Positions 63,018 through 64,000 of a stretch of 64,000 bases of DNA are shown piece after piece. The notes below the pieces were generated by a model. The model did not search any database. It saw only the letters and a list, made by a program, of their open reading frames with translations, and was not told the DNA's origin. Every line of letters starts with the position of its first letter. The first letter of the stretch is position 1. The translations under genes were made by a program, and so were the position numbers. The DNA is from an uncultured Verrucomicrobiae bacterium. GTDB taxonomy: Bacteria; Chlamydiota; Chlamydiia; Chlamydiales; Rhabdochlamydiaceae. The DNA is taken from contig CAWDYW010000001.1 in the NCBI GenBank assembly GCA_963806855.1, forward strand, positions 128,001 through 192,000. Direction: 5' to 3'.

Positions 63018-63938
63018 ATGCAAAAAGCTGGGTTGATCTACGGACCTGAGTTTCACCATCTCGACCATCTTGCCCCTCTCTGCGCAGAGATGGGGATTCC
63101 GTTGATTCTGACCGATGAGACGATCGCAAAACAAGCGGAATTGTTTTATCCTGATCTCAAGATTCTCCATTGGGATCCGATGGAGGCGCCGCAACGGCTT
63201 GTTTCGCAATTCGATACAATTTACTGCTCTATCCCGCGGGTTCTCTTCGACGAAGTCTTTTTCTTTGCTCAGGCGATTCACAATAAGCGGATTCGGACAA
63301 TATGGTGTCCCCATGGCAACTCCGACAAGGGGCGCTCCACTCGGTTTATGGAGGCCCTGGTGCATGAAGAGGAGTTACTGACCTACGGGCCGAGAATCGA
63401 GGCGTTTTTAAGGGAAAAGGGGGTGCAAGCGCCCTTTACCCGTGTCGGGAACTACCGTTTGGCCTACTATCAAAAGCACAAGGACTTCTACCAAAAGCTC
63501 TTACCGCCAAAAACGAAACCGACGATTCTCTATGCTCCAACATGGCAAGATCAGGAGAAAAACTCTTCCTTCCCCTCGTTCTGGCCCTATCTTTGCAAGG
63601 TGCCGCAACACTTTTCGCTCATTGTGAAACTCCACCCCAATCTCTATCAACAATACCCTGAAGAGATTGCTCAGCTTGAAAATATTGTCGAAGACTTCCC
63701 CCCTATTTACCCCATTCTCGACCGAACCGATATTTATATTGGGGATATGTCCTCGATTGGGTATGACTTTCTCTCTTTCAAACGGCCGATGATTTTGCTC
63801 AAAGAGTCGGAGCTATGCAAGGCAGGAACTTATCTTTCACCCGATCGGGTTGATCAGGTATTCGAAGTGTGTGAGAGGCTGCTCGGTTCAAGTTCAGGTG
63901 AGTGCGACCTGTATGCAGAAACTTTTAAAAAATGTTGA
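63018..63938 (+). CDS. CDP-glycerol glycerophosphotransferase-family protein (paralog of 54838-55773)
   Basis: HLDHLAPL, PHGNSDK, ILYAPTW, VKLHP, GDMSSIGYDFL..RP. Confidence 0.8.
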   Translation: MQKAGLIYGPEFHHLDHLAPLCAEMGIPLILTDETIAKQAELFYPDLKILHWDPMEAPQRLVSQFDTIYCSIPRVLFDEVFFFAQAIHNKRIRTIWCPHGNSDKGRSTRFMEALVHEEELLTYGPRIEAFLREKGVQAPFTRVGNYRLAYYQKHKDFYQKLLPPKTKPTILYAPTWQDQEKNSSFPSFWPYLCKVPQHFSLIVKLHPNLYQQYPEEIAQLENIVEDFPPIYPILDRTDIYIGDMSSIGYDFLSFKRPMILLKESELCKAGTYLSPDRVDQVFEVCERLLGSSSGECDLYAETFKKC

Positions 63939-64000
63939 AATAAATTTTGACCAAGCGTTGAATGGGGTCAATGGCGCCCCCTCTTAGATCGTCTAAGTGG

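Overview
Chromosomal segment of an environmental member of the phylum Chlamydiota. This is inferred from the thrS-parA-pGP6-D-like block, a chlamydial-type rpoD, MFS-recC-recB and aminotransferase-mreC neighbourhoods, and many eukaryote-like effector genes. Housekeeping genes (purB, thrS, recCBD, rpsT, rpoD, dinG, aspC/tyrB, mreC, mutY, tRNA-Ala) alternate with AT-richer accessory blocks: MORN-repeat duplicates around an AAA ATPase/nuclease, Inc-like/F-box/RING genes, a large GTPase, a cluster of signal-peptide-bearing glycosyl- and methyltransferases, and an inverse autotransporter. Many genes, including essential rpoD, carry single-base frameshifts, most likely assembly errors. The main signals missing from the ORF track are: (1) a 258-bp protein-free IS200/IS605-type element with both ends, a putative promoter and a TnpB omega-RNA-like scaffold (32708-32965); (2) a Thr-rich 22-codon leader peptide behind a perfect sigma70 promoter, upstream of an amino-acid symporter and thrS (9765-9870); (3) mostly synonymously diverged duplicate copies of both ends of dinG flanking inserted cargo genes; (4) a 168-bp inverted repeat between mutY and a FlgN-like gene; (5) an intact P1B-ATPase ORF with degenerate catalytic motifs. 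All product calls come from motif recognition only; no database searches were run.
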